DNA of 62,934 bases, filler included, from Choristocarpus tenellus KU-1152 (lineage: Eukaryota > Protista > Phaeophyceae), in assembly GCA_964200185.2 (NCBI GenBank). It is 11 parts of 11 records of this genome, joined end to end, with 100 filler letters (N's around TTAATTAATTAA, not from the genome) between each part and the next. Parts side by side here need not be neighbours in the genome. Positions count along the whole stretch, not along the records: positions 10,279 to 18,035 come from CAXNAD020005631.1; positions 18,136 to 23,527 come from CAXNAD020010936.1; positions 23,628 to 29,497 come from CAXNAD020009545.1; 8 more parts are not named here. One strand, given 5' to 3'. The notes below the pieces were generated by a model. That model was not told the DNA's origin and did not search any database. It was given only the letters and a program-made list of their open reading frames with translations. Positions 13,393-26,903 of the stretch are shown in pieces. The position numbers and the translations under genes are program-made. The stretch's first letter is position 1. Each line of letters starts with the position of its first letter.

Positions 13393-13639
13393 GAGTCAAA
13401 GTATCTTAGAAGGTAGAGCTGAGTCCGTTTGGGGGCCAAAATCCTATGTTGCTGAGTTTTTGATGTAATTTTGATCATCGTATTCGTTAGGAAGTGTCAA
13501 TATCCTTCTTCCTGATGCACCCTTTTACTAATGTATACAAATTTCTTACTCCGAAATGTCCTAAAAAAACTCATGAAAAGCCAAGCCCGAAACGGAAAAA
13601 TAGGGCAAAAGTCGTGTACCCTCTAAGATGCTTTCACTC
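13393..13639 (+). mobile_element. MITE family A
   Basis: Both TIRs present; small internal deletion. Confidence 0.88.
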
Positions 13640-14132
13640 AAAATGTGCTTACTTGCCAAGTTCAGCCTCGGCAAGGCACGAGTCAATGAGCACAACTATG
13701 AAAATACGGATGCAAAAAAAATCATTAACACAGCCAGCAGCAGGAAAAGATACAGACACCATCTGCTTTGAAGTAGATAGCAAGTATCAACTTCAAGAAT
13801 ACTGCGATGCACCATCCCCTCTGCACTGTCTCGTTCATCCTCTCCCAAGACGTACCTCTCACCCAAACATCCACATGCCCTGCAAAGACTCTAGTGTGGT
13901 GTGCATACAACCTACAATACCCCACAGCAAGGGTTAGAATTAGTGGAAATCAACAACAAAATGTTGCTACACAGCTTGGCACGAAACTCATAATTGATCT
14001 CACGCCTCTACTTCATTTTGCCCATTCCCCATAAAAATCTCATAACCATCCCAGCTAGTTACAGGTGGCATTTTGAGGCCATGATCAGGAGATGGCCTCT
14101 ACTCCCTACCACACGGTGCAGCTGACTTCTCA

Positions 14133-14312
14133 TTCCTGAAGTCAATCCACTATCTGAGAGCTAAGTTGAGTTTCATTGATGGATCCACGTTCTTGGTACC
14201 TGATCCCTCGTTCCATCAACTACTTTCCTGAAGTCAATCCACTATCTGAGAGCTAAGTTGAGTTTCATTGATGGATCCACGTTCTTGGTACCTGATCCCT
14301 CGTTCCATCAAC
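14133..14312 (+). repeat. Tandem duplication, 92-bp period x2
   Basis: ttcctgaagtcaatcc...gttccatcaact at 14133 and again at 14225, essentially identical. Confidence 0.92.
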
Positions 14313-15139
14313 TCCTTTCCCACAACTCTTGTCTTATCCTCTCAGCCTTCGATGATTTCATCTTTGAACTCCTCTGCCTCGCCACTTGCCTTGCCCTCAT
14401 TGAGTCCCAACTTTGAGACCCACCCCAGTCTGTGCTTTTCTTTCTTCTTCTACCTGTTCTCTTCTCTACACGAATCTTTCTGTGTGTCTCCATATTAAAT
14501 ATAGGGCACTTGAGATTGTAAAATGAAAGGGGTATATCACAGGAGAACACCATTGAATGCGTCAACTGAGAGTTGACTTTAGTCGTGCCCCCCTCAAATT
14601 TCAGACCCCACTTCTTTCTGTCCCAACATATTTTCTCTTCCCAAGGATCTATGCACCCCTCAGTTATAGCTGTCACAGAAAATGTTCCCCATCCCACTAA
14701 ACCAGACATTTATGATTGTGACATACGAACCATCCACACTATACTTTACATAACCACTTGAGTGGTCAACCTCAATAACAATAACAAGCTGGTAATCGGG
14801 GTTCAAGCAATCAAAGGAGCCAATCAAATCCTCAGCCTGCATTTCAAAATTTTCAATGTTCCAATCCCCATTCTCGCTTTATTTACCAAACTCAGTAAAT
14901 CTCAAGCCAGAGCTACAAGTCAGACATCACTTCCCCTTCTTCTGGTCATTCCCATTGATTATTCCATGATCATCTCAAACCCCAAACCTCTGATTTCATC
15001 CTGGAAGACCGACAACATTCCCCTGGACCTTCGGTCTTCTTCCACTACCCCCACACCCCCTTCTGAACCCACTCTTGCATACATCTTAAAGATTATTTCG
15101 TCCTGCCCAATTCAGTACACCACCATACCACATTTGAAA

Positions 15140-15800
15140 ACGAGTGGGTCATGATCTGCATTGCAGGGGACACGTTTTCCCTCCGTCATACCCTCAAGTT
15201 CTCGCCAAGGGCCAACTGCTGCCCAAAGATAAACCAGCATGTCCTATCTCTCAACCTCAGCATGTCAACATGGAACACCGCAATCTCTTGATCATCGTGC
15301 TCAAAGCATACACACTTATGCTCCCACCTTTCTTGACTCTTTGACCATAACATCATCAAGAGTCTCATCTCAATACTCGTGAAACTCTGCATGCATCCAA
15401 AGCAGCAACCGTAGAGAAAAATGCTGCAAAGCTTCTGCATACTCTGCCCGGTGTGCAATCACATCAGGTTTGTTCCCTCACCTCTAATGACCTCTTCAGC
15501 GCCCTCCTTTCTCGTTCACTCGGAAGAGTATGTTCAAGGTACTTGCAGCAAAGTGTTGTTCTCCCTGTCATCCACTGCGGTTTATATGCCCTCCCTTGCA
15601 CTTACGCCCAGTTCTGTCAAATTGTTTGTGCTACTTTCTTGGGTGTAGAAAAACGGAGCGAAGTGATCTATTGAAAAAATCGGGGAAGAGCTCGGTAGAG
15701 CGGATGTCACGGCAGCCTACACTCCATGCAGCCCTCAGCAGACAGTATTCCTTGACTTTAGGAAGCGCAGAGGTTCTCCAACTTCTTCGTTCGGTCTCTT
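15140..15800 (-). pseudogene. Decayed IS630/Tc1-like transposase relic
   Basis: Minus-strand ...RGH*R*GNKPDVIAHRAEY... resembles the YxDGHERxDVxxxR motif of that group; many stops. Confidence 0.35.
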
Positions 15801-16200
15801 TTGAGCAAGAGGAGCCATTCATGCACAGCCCCCATCAACCTCCTCCATTGTTCCATAATAGAGTGAATTCTTCCACACAGCATTTCCTCTCTTCCTTGAT
15901 GCATACAGAGTTGAACTTGAGGTACCATTTCATCCTCATTGAGACGCCGATCACGGTTGGTTCCGATGTCTTCCACCCACTCCTACCCATTTCCCTTAAT
16001 CCTGTTGTCATGCTGGCAGTCCATGATGAAACAAGTCTCTGAGACTGAGCGAAAAAAAAACAAATATCAGTGCACCAATCCTCTCGCAGGACCATAACTT
16101 GCGGGTAGAACGTCCAGCTAGGTGTTGCAAGAACGTGGTGTCTGTTCCCTTCAAACCCTCAAATTTCAAAAGTATTTGACACAAGTAACCCAAAACTTGC

Positions 16201-16460
16201 GAGTGAAAGTATCTTAGAGGGTACGAGTTTTGCTCTGTTTGTCCATTTGGAGCTTGGCTTCCCACGGTTTTTTTGTATGATATTTTACCTACTCCAAAAT
16301 ATTTTGGAGTCGGTAAAATATATATATTCTGAAAAAGGGTGTCTGGAACAAGGATATTGACATCTCTTAACAAACATGTAGCCAAAATTCATCAAAATTG
16401 CAACATTGGATTTTGGCCCCCCAAATGGACACGGCTCTACCCTCTAAGATACTTTGACTC
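16201..16460 (-). mobile_element. MITE family A with perfect 4-bp TSD TTGC
   Basis: ttgc|GAGTGAAAGTATCTTAGAGGGTA...TACCCTCTAAGATACTTTGACTC|ttgc. Confidence 0.93.
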
Positions 16461-17988
16461 TTGCATTATTATGGTTATTGACAGTTTCATGCGAAACATT
16501 ATGTGTTGGTAAAAACTAAAAACTAACCTGTCCTATGATGACGTATGAACTCTTTTACTCAATTCTAAACCTCGATGGTCCTGTTCCTGATGTCACCGGC
16601 AACACATGGATATGTTGGGGGTCTATGGCATCAAACCTTATCAAGAGATGCTTCCAATTGAACCTATTTACGTCCTTTTCAGTCCTACCAGCCTGTTCTT
16701 TTTCAGAGACCCATATCTGTTCCCACAAAGAACATAACGAAGGATCCAAATAATGTGATACTCGCAGCTAGTCTCACAACATGCCTGGTGTCAATTTCAG
16801 GGTTGAAGTAAGGCACTAGCCAGTGGAATAGATCACAGCTAGACCCCTGTTTACTGTGCAATTTTCACCTCAATTCCACTATCCCATGTACTTCTACTAC
16901 ACTACGGACTCAACAGAATCTGGGAGGGCAAACATCGACCAGCAAGGTCAGGACTCGCTATATCTTAATTTATTTTCTTATTCTTTCATCAAGTCAATAC
17001 CTGCCGTACTAGCAACAGAGTGTATGAACAAAGGTACTAACCCATACCAACATAATACTTACACTCACATATATATACAACATACACATACATCTATACA
17101 TCCACACTTACGTCATCAAGTGCCTTAACCTTGACCAGCACATCATATCCAAGAGATTGAAGTGCTTCCGACATGGGCGAAGGATTCGCCTGAGGGGGCA
17201 AGCAAGTGAACATCAACATGCAGAAGAAGAAAACAAATGTGGAAGTTTCAATGTAAGAGATCCAACAGTGTTATCTATGTGCATTATCAGAAGCAACAAG
17301 AGGTCAAACAGAATATGCAGTCCATGATAAAGCTCACTATTAGATATTATTGTACTACCTGTCGGGATTAATACTGAGTACTTTATCATTATTACACAAA
17401 AAACAATGGAAATCGGTTGCCATATTCATACCACCACCCCATCTGTTCAACCTGTCTCCTATGCTACACCGACCTCAGCTCCTTCTCTTGATACTTTTTA
17501 AAACAGGTTAGGAAAAAGAAGAAAACAATACTTTCCCCCCCATGTTTCTATCTACATTTCTTGTACGGATAGGTGTACCTCACCGTCATACAAATAGAGG
17601 CATTTTCGAAGTCTCCTCTAATATTTTCTGCCACAGTCATAAACCTACCTACCCACCTACCCACCTAGCAACGGCTCTCATATCTCGTTTGGGGATCGTC
17701 ACAGGTGATTGTCTGCAAGTATGAAAAGTAGTTCACTCACTCTTGCCCCAAAAATATCACACACGCGTAATTTAATAGCTCCACCATAAATTTAGTAGAG
17801 AGTTTACCAAAAATGAGGGCAACAAGATATACAACTTCAGTAATAATATATTTTTTGAACACTACTTCAGAACACATAAAAAAACTTCTAGCAATACTAC
17901 TATGCTCTCAAGTACTAACAGTAACACTTGCTAGATGTATAGATGGATATACAGACACAGAAAAGCTATGGTTAGGTAGATGATTCAA

Positions 17989-18035
17989 GAGTCAAAGTAT
18001 CTAGGGGGGGGGGGGTCTACATGAGGGTGTCCATT
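17989..18035 (-). mobile_element. MITE family B terminus at a contig end; similar termini at 1-39, 7485-7526, 29598-29622, 33296-33338, 50988-51008
   Basis: GAGTCAAAGTATCT followed by poly-G running into the spacer. Confidence 0.8.
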
Positions 18036-18135
18036 NNNNNNNNNNNNNNNNNNNNNNNNNNNNNNNNNNNNNNNNNNNNTTAATTAATTAANNNNNNNNN
18101 NNNNNNNNNNNNNNNNNNNNNNNNNNNNNNNNNNN

Positions 18136-19569
18136 CCGCACTGTCCAAAATCCATTCTTCTCTCTCGCGGCCAACCCCAACACTTGACACCAAACATTCG
18201 TTTGCCCCACACTTGCCTGGAGCATTGCTGCTCGGAGAGTCCTCAGTGGCGACCAGTAGTGCATATCGCTCGTTGTCGCCGCAGCTGGTGGTACTTTCCA
18301 CAGTAATGTGGGAAGGATTCGCTTTGGACTTGATCTCTTCTTCCCCAAACTGCACCGTAGTCAAGAACACCGAAGTGCATGTTGTTGCATCATGGGCACG
18401 TCCTCCACATTTGGTGCAAATGCGGTTTGGGCAAGCTGTCTTTTCATGTCCATGCTTACCGCATCTCTCAAAAGGAATCTCCTCGGAACGTTTTGGGTTG
18501 GAATTAGAACCATTTTTCTTTCTTCCACCATTAAATTTACGTTCGACCCCGCGACCTTGGCCGTTGCGATGAGACTGACTCTTCCCTTGCGATGAGCTGT
18601 TAATAACCAAAACATGGCTGTTCTTGTGTCTTAAGCCCTTGACCTGACGAAGGGAAGCATATCGCTCTCTAGCAGTTTTCTCTACGTCTCCTCGACATAG
18701 TGTTCTCTGCGAGGCCATCATGCGTAACTCGGTATCGTAATCTGATCCGAGAGCACTCAGGAACTGTAGGAGCAGCAGCTTGTCCAAGATACCAAGTCCA
18801 TTGATAGCATCCTCCACCGAAGCTCTTCCAGGTGGTTTAAGGTCAGGATCGGATTAGCCCCCTTCTCCACCTTTACACTGAAAAACTCACGGAACAAATG
18901 TTGGCTATTACCCACTGTATTAGGCATGAACCAATCATCTATTGCGAGGAGCAGCTCGCTCGGGCTTTGATGCGTATAGCACAGTGCCCTGGTGGTGGGT
19001 GCAACGAGAGCAACAGTAAGTGCATGGTAGGCCTCTTTGGCCATCCAGATATCATTCGCACTGAAGCCATCCGAGAGAAGCTCCTCGTAGGAGCATTCTT
19101 GATTGACTGGTCTTTCACTTGTCAACGCATCCAAACAGTGAGTATATCAGCAATGCACGATGAAACGCCTCTGCCAGTTCCGGTAGTCCGAGTAGTCCAA
19201 TAGTTTCGGTGGTTGGGTTCTCGATCTCTTTGTCGTAGGGCGAACAATATGTGCGCCTGTCCCCAAGCCCTCCGAAGAACCGGACCTCTGGCTTGCTCCA
19301 CTTCTGATACTCCCAGCAACCAAACTGTTTCCCCTCTCTGGGAAATATTCCCTCAACATGGGTTCCATAGGACCCACTTCGACTGGTACGCCCCCAGCCG
19401 GAGGCCGTGTGCTGGGCACAGCGGCCTGGACGACGGGATGATCTCCGTCGCCAACTCTTTCAGACTGAACCATGAGATTGCCAACGTTTCTTGACAACTC
19501 CGCTACCGTCGCCATAAGCTGTCTGAATTCTTGGACAGATGGGCCCTTGGAAGGGACAAGTTCCCGCAA
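18136..19569 (-). mobile_element. Ty1/copia gag-protease, frameshifted and truncated by the contig end
   Basis: Three overlapping ORFs (19147-19569, 18757-19134, 18080-18817). Gag-like DYRNWQRRF and FLSALGSDY, two zinc knuckles (xERCGKHGHEKTAC, CTKCGGRAHDATTC), and protease motif WILDSA. A PBS-like ttatggggc lies at about 19741-19749 on the minus strand. Confidence 0.88.
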
Positions 19570-21545
19570 TTCTTGAATCGCATCTCTTCGTGTAGACTTG
19601 AAATAATGGGTGAAAACCGAAGGTTCAATATATTGTGTTAAAGTATCCCCAAAATAATCAAAGAGGGTAAAGGTGATAAACCCGGCAAGTTTGCCTGGTT
19701 TCTGTAGAACGATTGATTAAATTTAGGTGGGGCATGCAAGGCCCCATAAAATCAGAAATATTTCCTTTTATATGAGAAAAATTATCATTCAACTAATCAC
19801 CAGTAAAAGGTTCTGGTATCTCAACCACTAATTGATTGTTCCGTTACTCCATACATATTTTACCGTAACTGTCCGATAGAGTTGGGAAGAGTCTAATCGA
19901 ACACTTCTATCTACTGTTGCTGTCCCACTCATTGCACTTCACAAAACCAATTCAGGTGTGAAGTATATACCCTCTCCAAACCAGCCCCAAACCAACAAAA
20001 TGTCTTTGTGACGCATAACAAAAAAAATTGTTTGGGCCAAGGATTTTGAAGTCAAACATTTTATCTGTAGGAGGGGTCATTGTCACATAGTTTTGGTCTC
20101 AGTTTCCCCTCCACCCTGACACATAACGCAGGATATTTTGAGATCAGAATCGCCCAATGAAACCTACAATGACCTTTCTTTTAAATTGTTTTCTAGGGCA
20201 GTTCAGTTTTGTGAGAAAAGAACAAAAAAAGAGGAATTCTCTCATACTTTAATTTTAGTCTGCTCATGGTGAGGAGTTTATTGAAATAAGGCCCAATCTG
20301 GAGCGGTGTTGTGTACTTGTGCGAACTGTGCTAGCATTTTAAGGAGTGTCGAACCTACCTCACAGAAGGGTGATGATGCCTGTTGTTTTCTTTGTTTGTC
20401 GTCGTAAGCCGTCTGTACGTTATGTGTGTGTGATTGTGTGTTGTTTCTGTATACCACTACTACTATTTTTTCTTACTACTTGCTACCAATCGTACAACTG
20501 CTACAACAACCACCATCACTCACTACATATTGCACTGACAGCTGCACGTACATTATGATTATTACCTTAGCTTCGAGCTCCAATAAAATCATCAACAACG
20601 ACAATAGTAGTGGTAGCACTAGGAGCAGCAGCAGTAGCAAGTAGTACTGAGTTGCTGAAGTGATGCACACGGTCAAACCGCTCACTGTCAGCTGAGTCGA
20701 TACAGCATGGGAACAACAACAACAGGCATACATCATGCAGCAACAAGAACAGTAACAAGAACAATAAGGGCAACAAACAACTCTTCTTCACCTAAATCTG
20801 CCTCCTACATCAACATATCACCAAAATCTCAAATACATGTGTGCAGCTACGACAATAACCTGACGTTACTCACTAGGATTAAATGATTAAACCCAAAGGA
20901 CCACTAACAGTAATAACATCACTAATATGACAAAAAGGAGGGAAGGGAGGGGGATAGTCTAACAATGTTTTGTTGAATTGAGGAGTTGTCCTCATCTCTC
21001 AACTACAAATGGATTGTAATACAAAAGGTCGATAAGGACAAGAAGAAGTGCAACAAGACGCACACATAATTATCACTTGGTTGTCTCTACCACGATGCCC
21101 AAGTGCAGTGACCTCTTGGAAAATAACCGCACAAGGAAGTAGATCAAAATAAAGAAAATATGAAGCGGAAAAGACCCCAAAGTAGCAGTGGTGTGAGCGA
21201 ACCTACCCCATGCACTAACAAGCACAAGAGGAGGACAACATGTATGTCCAAAACAAAAAAAACACGTATATGTAAAAGAATACACAAAGAAAAGAGCTAG
21301 GCATATTCAAACCAGCTGAGAGGTAAGCAGGGTTGCATTTCAAGGGTCTCGAGAAAGGGCAAGAAACTTCCACTTTGTACAATCGAACAAAGAGCCTTTG
21401 CTGAATTTTGGTGTCACTTCTGTGTGGGAAGGAGGAATATTAATTTTCCGTACACTAATTGTGGACAAAAAGCAATGAAAAAGAGTGTATTGCACAGAGT
21501 AAGAAAGATCACATAGAATGCAAAAGGGATCAAACTTACTTACCT

Positions 21546-21804
21546 GAGTGAAAGTATCTTAGAGGGTATGAGTTTTTCCCTGTCTGTCCATTTGGGGCTT
21601 GGCTTCCCACGAGTTTTTAATGACATTTTACCTACTCAAAAATGTTTCGGAGTAGGTCAAATGTGTATGGTATGAAAAGGTTTCTCCGGAACAAGCATGT
21701 TGACATTTCCTAACAAACATGATAGCTAAAATTTCATCAAAATCGAAACATTGGATTATGGCCCCCAATTGGACACGGCTCTACCCACTAAGATACTTTG
21801 TCTC
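21546..21804 (-). mobile_element. MITE family A nested in family C, TSD ACCT
   Basis: acct|GAGTGAAAG...CTTTGTCTC|acct; removing it restores the family-C sequence. Confidence 0.92.
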
Positions 21805-22706
21805 ACCTCTCAATTGGTTTGGCTCGAAATAGGTATAAATGTGTGGAGGATGCCACCACACAACCATCTCCTCCATTTACCAACAAATCGCAGTCTTCAT
21901 CATAATAGTGGTAGTAGCAATGTTAGTAGTAGCTACAGCAGAGGCAATTTGAGGTTGTAGACAGAGCGTGCTCCTCTTTCTCTCTTTGGGTTCCCTTGCA
22001 TTGTTCTACCCTTGCAAATATCTGGTGGTATTAACCTTTCATGAACTTTTATCGCAACTTGCAACTATCCCTTTGCAACACTCCCACCTTGAATCATCAA
22101 GGTCAACCCTTTGTTTAGGTTTTGGGTGCTGTTGCCATTCGTGCAAAGGTCATGGTTATCATTCTCCGCTGCTCCCAGCCCACCCAATTCCTCACGGTTG
22201 TAGTTGGTAGGTGTTGTTAGTTCCGTGTGTAAAGTGGTGACAAGATTGAAATCGGTTGTGGGTCAGTGCCACAGTCTACAGACTGGTTCAACCATGGCCA
22301 CGCGAATGGTTCCACGCTTTCCTGTCTCTGAGGGGGCATGTGAATGTTGAGCAAGGTAGTCAAGTACGGGTCAAGGAGAGAATAAGGCGAAGCACTTCAT
22401 AACGGCTTAATATGTGTTGGAGAACCGTGTTGTTATAGCTGTGGATGTTTGATACTGTTTTTGGCCCAAAATATGTTAAGTAGGGTACATTGATGCCAGA
22501 AGAGGATGTTGTAATACACTATATATTTTTGAATGGGGTTATAGAATATGTAGTTCCAGAAGTCTTAGTAGTATCATTGTAGCGTTACAGACGGTAAGTT
22601 TTGATAATGGTTTCATAAACGCCATTATGACCTTGAAGTCCTAGATTTTATATATTATTATTTTTTAATTATTATGCCCTTTGACATTTTGCAGATGTGT
22701 CAGGGG

Positions 22707-22708
<2 letters not shown>

Positions 22709-22746
<38 letters not shown>
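22709..22746 (+). repeat. (TA)n microsatellite
   Basis: Direct. Confidence 0.9.
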
Positions 22747-22747
<1 letters not shown>

Positions 22748-23200
22748 TGGTGGTTCCTGACTATAGATATTTTTGTCATTATGGTTTATTGAGATGGGAC
22801 ATCATTGACTAGTTCCTTTTATATATGACAATAGTTCCTTTTATTTAGGGGGAATAATCGAAGTGAGAGATCCAGCATACTTGACGACTCGTGCATCATG
22901 GAGCCTTCTACGAGCTTCATGGTCCACATACATTCTTATGCATTGGAGCTGCATATCCCATCATGATAAGCTTGTGGAGCATTTTATAACATGGAGGTCC
23001 TACCTTGTCTCTTCAAACAGGAGAGAAAACTTGACTTACCACATGGAACTGTTGTCATCTCCCAGGAATATTATGGACTCGTTCCCCTCTCCACTTCTCT
23101 TCGGTTGGGGAACATTGATGTCGTGTGTTATGGATGTCTCGATTTTCTGTAGAGTAGGTTCCCCCTGATTCACATATACTAACTCTTGTCATCCGTTATT

Positions 23201-23303
23201 TGCATTATCCATCTGATGTATGCAACCAAATCACCCAAAATTCACGCCATGAAAGAATTGACCCCAAATGGACAGCCGCCACCCCTCCCAGATACTTTGA
23301 GCC
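23201..23303 (-). mobile_element. MITE family B, partial; another degenerate copy at about 28645-28806
   Basis: cattatccatc.gatgtatgcaaccaaatcaccc...ccaaatggacagc...cccagatactttgagcc. Confidence 0.8.
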
Positions 23304-25928
23304 TCTACGGAAAGTCATTAATATTCGTTCATGTGAGAATCCAAGAATCCATGGTGGTAGTGATAAATACGTTTGAGGAGTGTGTTATTATTGTATGTCG
23401 TGTATGTATCCTAACCTTAAACCTAACAGCATAGAACAGGGGATTCGCAAAATTGAGGATGGCGGACTATGAGGATGGTTGTTTTTCGAAAAAAAAAAAA
23501 AAAAAGTACCTCAAGGTTTTTTGGAAGNNNNNNNNNNNNNNNNNNNNNNNNNNNNNNNNNNNNNNNNNNNNTTAATTAATTAANNNNNNNNNNNNNNNNN
23601 NNNNNNNNNNNNNNNNNNNNNNNNNNNCTTCCTCCCCAAGCACCTGAGCACTTCATGCTGCCCCCGCCCCCCTGTTCCTCTTTCAAACCCCTATTGGGTA
23701 TAATGGAACAATTTAGCCTTTCTTCTATACCGTACACAGGCAGTCAGTCACTCATACATCACATTTTATCTCAAGAACAACCATCTATCGTCTTTGATGT
23801 CTAGACCCACAATATACAGAAGTATAGAACACATATACATATACGTATACACATATATTCATTTATCGCCTTGCCTCCTCACACTGTAGGGGTTCAAAGA
23901 GAGAACGAAATCCCAGCAAAAGAGTTCTTGGGCTCACCCGGAAGAGGACCCAAGCCTGAAAATATCTCAAGCTCCTCCACCTCTTTCCCCAGCACCTTGT
24001 CTGCTCCATCCCCCCAGCAACCATTTGTGAGAGGTGCCGGGATGGATCCAAACATATCCAACGGACCTATTCCAAACTTGCCCAAAATAAGAAAGGTGTT
24101 TGGCAAGAAGGGTTGGGGACCGGCACTGTTAGATTGAACTTGTGCGGGTGGGGAGCACATGAGCAGGTTTCAGTCACTGCCTAATTGCGAAATAGAGAAA
24201 GGCGGTTGGAGGAGGGGTTGAAGCTTAGGTAGTACCAACAAAACCCTTTGACAGATGGTGCAAGCCAAATGCAGAATACCTTCCAAGATTTCTAAAAAGA
24301 GAAATAATATACAGCCGCGCATAGTCGATCAACTGATCAGAGATCTGGCACAGCGCTTCCTATAACCTCTTTGTTGTCGAGGGCCAATGTGTATCCACCT
24401 TGCCGGTTATGAACCATATGATCACACACCTCCCCTCTAAAAGACGACCAGGTGGAGATTTTTGTTTTCATAAAGACAATCGGATTCCCAGCATTTCACC
24501 TTGTTGAATCCAACTGCCCATGTCAGAGCAGGAGTCAAGCCCCACCGCCTGGGCTCTCCCCCTCTAGCTAAGAGAGAAGACTTACTCCCAGTGGAGAATG
24601 GCATGCTTTAGCATTACCAAGCACTATTCCATGACAGGAGTATCTCCCTTCTCTTTGCTAGACTGGGAGAGTTCCAGTTGATGGGATTGACTCCTCCCCT
24701 CACCGTGGCCATTTGAGCCAATATTCCAACCCCTTACCATTGTGGTGAAATTATTACTATTAATATTTGATCACATTAGTTGTCCAAGGAATCCTGGACC
24801 CATGGTCAAGAAAGTATTCCTAAAGAAGGCAACACACACTATCGCTCGAAAATGTAGGCAATAAGGACGAAAAAAAAACGAGGATGAAAGAGAAGAAAGA
24901 AAATGAAATGAAAGGAACATGATCTGGAGGACAAAGAAAGCTACCAAAAATTATTTTTTTAAATGCAAGGCAAAGAAACAAAAGAATATCAACATATGAT
25001 GAAAGAGCAATCATTCTGAAGATAATACAACATTCATGACTGAACAACACAGCAAAGGGTCTTAAGTATGTGTTGGGGGAAACTCCTGCGGGATAAGATC
25101 AGGCAAAGATCTGAGACACTATATGTGATTGACACTCAATACATTAATGAACTGATAAATGATGTAGCAATAAAAATATAAGAAAGCAACAGTTCTTGTG
25201 TTGCTGCTTCAAATACTCGAGTATATATATATACTGAGGTTTGTTTTGTCATTTTTCTATCAACTTTGTTCTGAATTGGACGGGTTTGACCTACAAGAAT
25301 ATACCAACCTTAAAGGTACTCAGAGTAAATATTCAATATATCTTTGTCTTCGAGAACTAACGCAACCATCACTACTATATATCAAAGCTGCTACAAGCTT
25401 CAAAGGTATAAATGTACTAGGATTATGTATTCAATAAATTTTTATCTGTGAAAACTACGTAAGGTTCTTTACACACGTTGCACCAACAACTCGACAAGAA
25501 AACATCTCTTTGCTGGAAAATATTTTGGGAATACCCTTTGCTCTCTGCTTGCTTCATTTCAAAAGGTCACCTCTTTCACTAGTACACGACACTAACGTTC
25601 AAAAATCACCATACAAGCATAATGCGCGAATTTTCCCAGCCCTTTAACATATGGCTGAAATTTGCGCTCTGATTTTATTACACTAGGATAGAGCAGATAA
25701 TATGCAAGGCATCTCATCAAACAAGGAAATGGACAGCACATGTGAGCACTGAACAGACACACACATAAAAACGTGTACAGACGGACGATTCAGAGCACAC
25801 GATCATTCGCAACGGTAACAGGTAACCAACGAGCGGAGAACTTCGAGGTGAACTTGTTGGAGTGATTGGATAACAGACCTCTTTAACTCTACTCAAAACT
25901 TATTCAAGTGAGTCGACAAGGAACTTAC

Positions 25929-26903
25929 CATCGCAGCTTGTCGCTTCTCTATTGGGGCGGGAGAGGGGCTCTTGATCGGAGATACGGGGAACCTCCCAAC
26001 TTCCCAATCCTGAATCCTTCAACCCCAGAGTTGAGCAGCAATTTTATACTCTGAAAAGTCACAAATTCTATCACTGAAGTAAGCTTGCCTGAAGCTTCCT
26101 CATATGCACTCCACCATTTTCCTCCTAATGAATCAACCTTCAGTCTTTGCCAACACCACCTCTCTTCTCTAGTCTTCTATCCATTTCGCACCTGCTGCCG
26201 TACTTTCGCCATGCTCTCCTCTCGATGCACTTTCTTCCGTCTCTTTTGAGGAGTGTGCTTCGGGTTAGCCTTGGCTTCGGGAGGAGTGCGGATTGATGGG
26301 AGGGAGGAAGAAAACCGTCCCACCGGTGAAAGAGATGACCCCGTTGAGGACAATGATAATCCCGTCGGAGACGAAGATGCGTCCCCTTTTCGGGAGTGAT
26401 TGTCATCACCCCCAAATGACTCTATTGCACCAATTCCGCGTTTCCTGGACTTGGGGCCGGGCTTCCTCTTCAAGGAAAAAATACAGTTGAGTCCCTTACG
26501 GGAGCACATGACACAGCAAGCCTGACCGCTGCACCTGACCTATCAGCAACAACGACCACATGCATATAAACAGAAATATCGGGGAAAGGGGGCGAGACTG
26601 AGTACCTAGAATGGTTAGGAAAGTAGGTCGATCACCGGCCGTAGCCCTAGGCATGTAGAAGAGCCGAAAAACGCGCCACAGAGCGTCCAACATCTGATAG
26701 TACAAGCACTTAGGATCTGCGTTTGGAAGGGGAGTTGAAAGGTATATCACTCAATGACTACTACAGCACTTCTCCCCCCTCATGCTACTGGCTGGGAAGA
26801 GCTTGTCCATGCCTTTGCACTTCACCTTCTTTTGAACGCAACGATCGCAGTTGCGTCGCATACCAGGAAGAGCGTTCTTTAAGCCCGACTTGCTCATTGC
26901 CAT
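25929..26903 (-). CDS. Zn(II)2Cys6 (GAL4-type) transcription factor, exons 26826-26903, 26192-26539, 25929-26009; 3' part unresolved
   Basis: Phase-0 GT-AG splice gives MRRN-CDRC-VQKK|VR-C-SGQAC-CVMC-SRKGLN-C-IFSLKRKPGPK, a canonical Cx2Cx6Cx5Cx2Cx6C with the basic KPGPK tail. Confidence 0.85.

Noticed and set aside
14560-15140. LINE endonuclease/RT relic (also 16520-16760)
   Set aside because: Only vague motif resemblance; unsupported.
23894-24160. Further exon of the Zn2Cys6 gene
   Set aside because: Could not find an open frame from the apparent acceptor that continues through the ORF.
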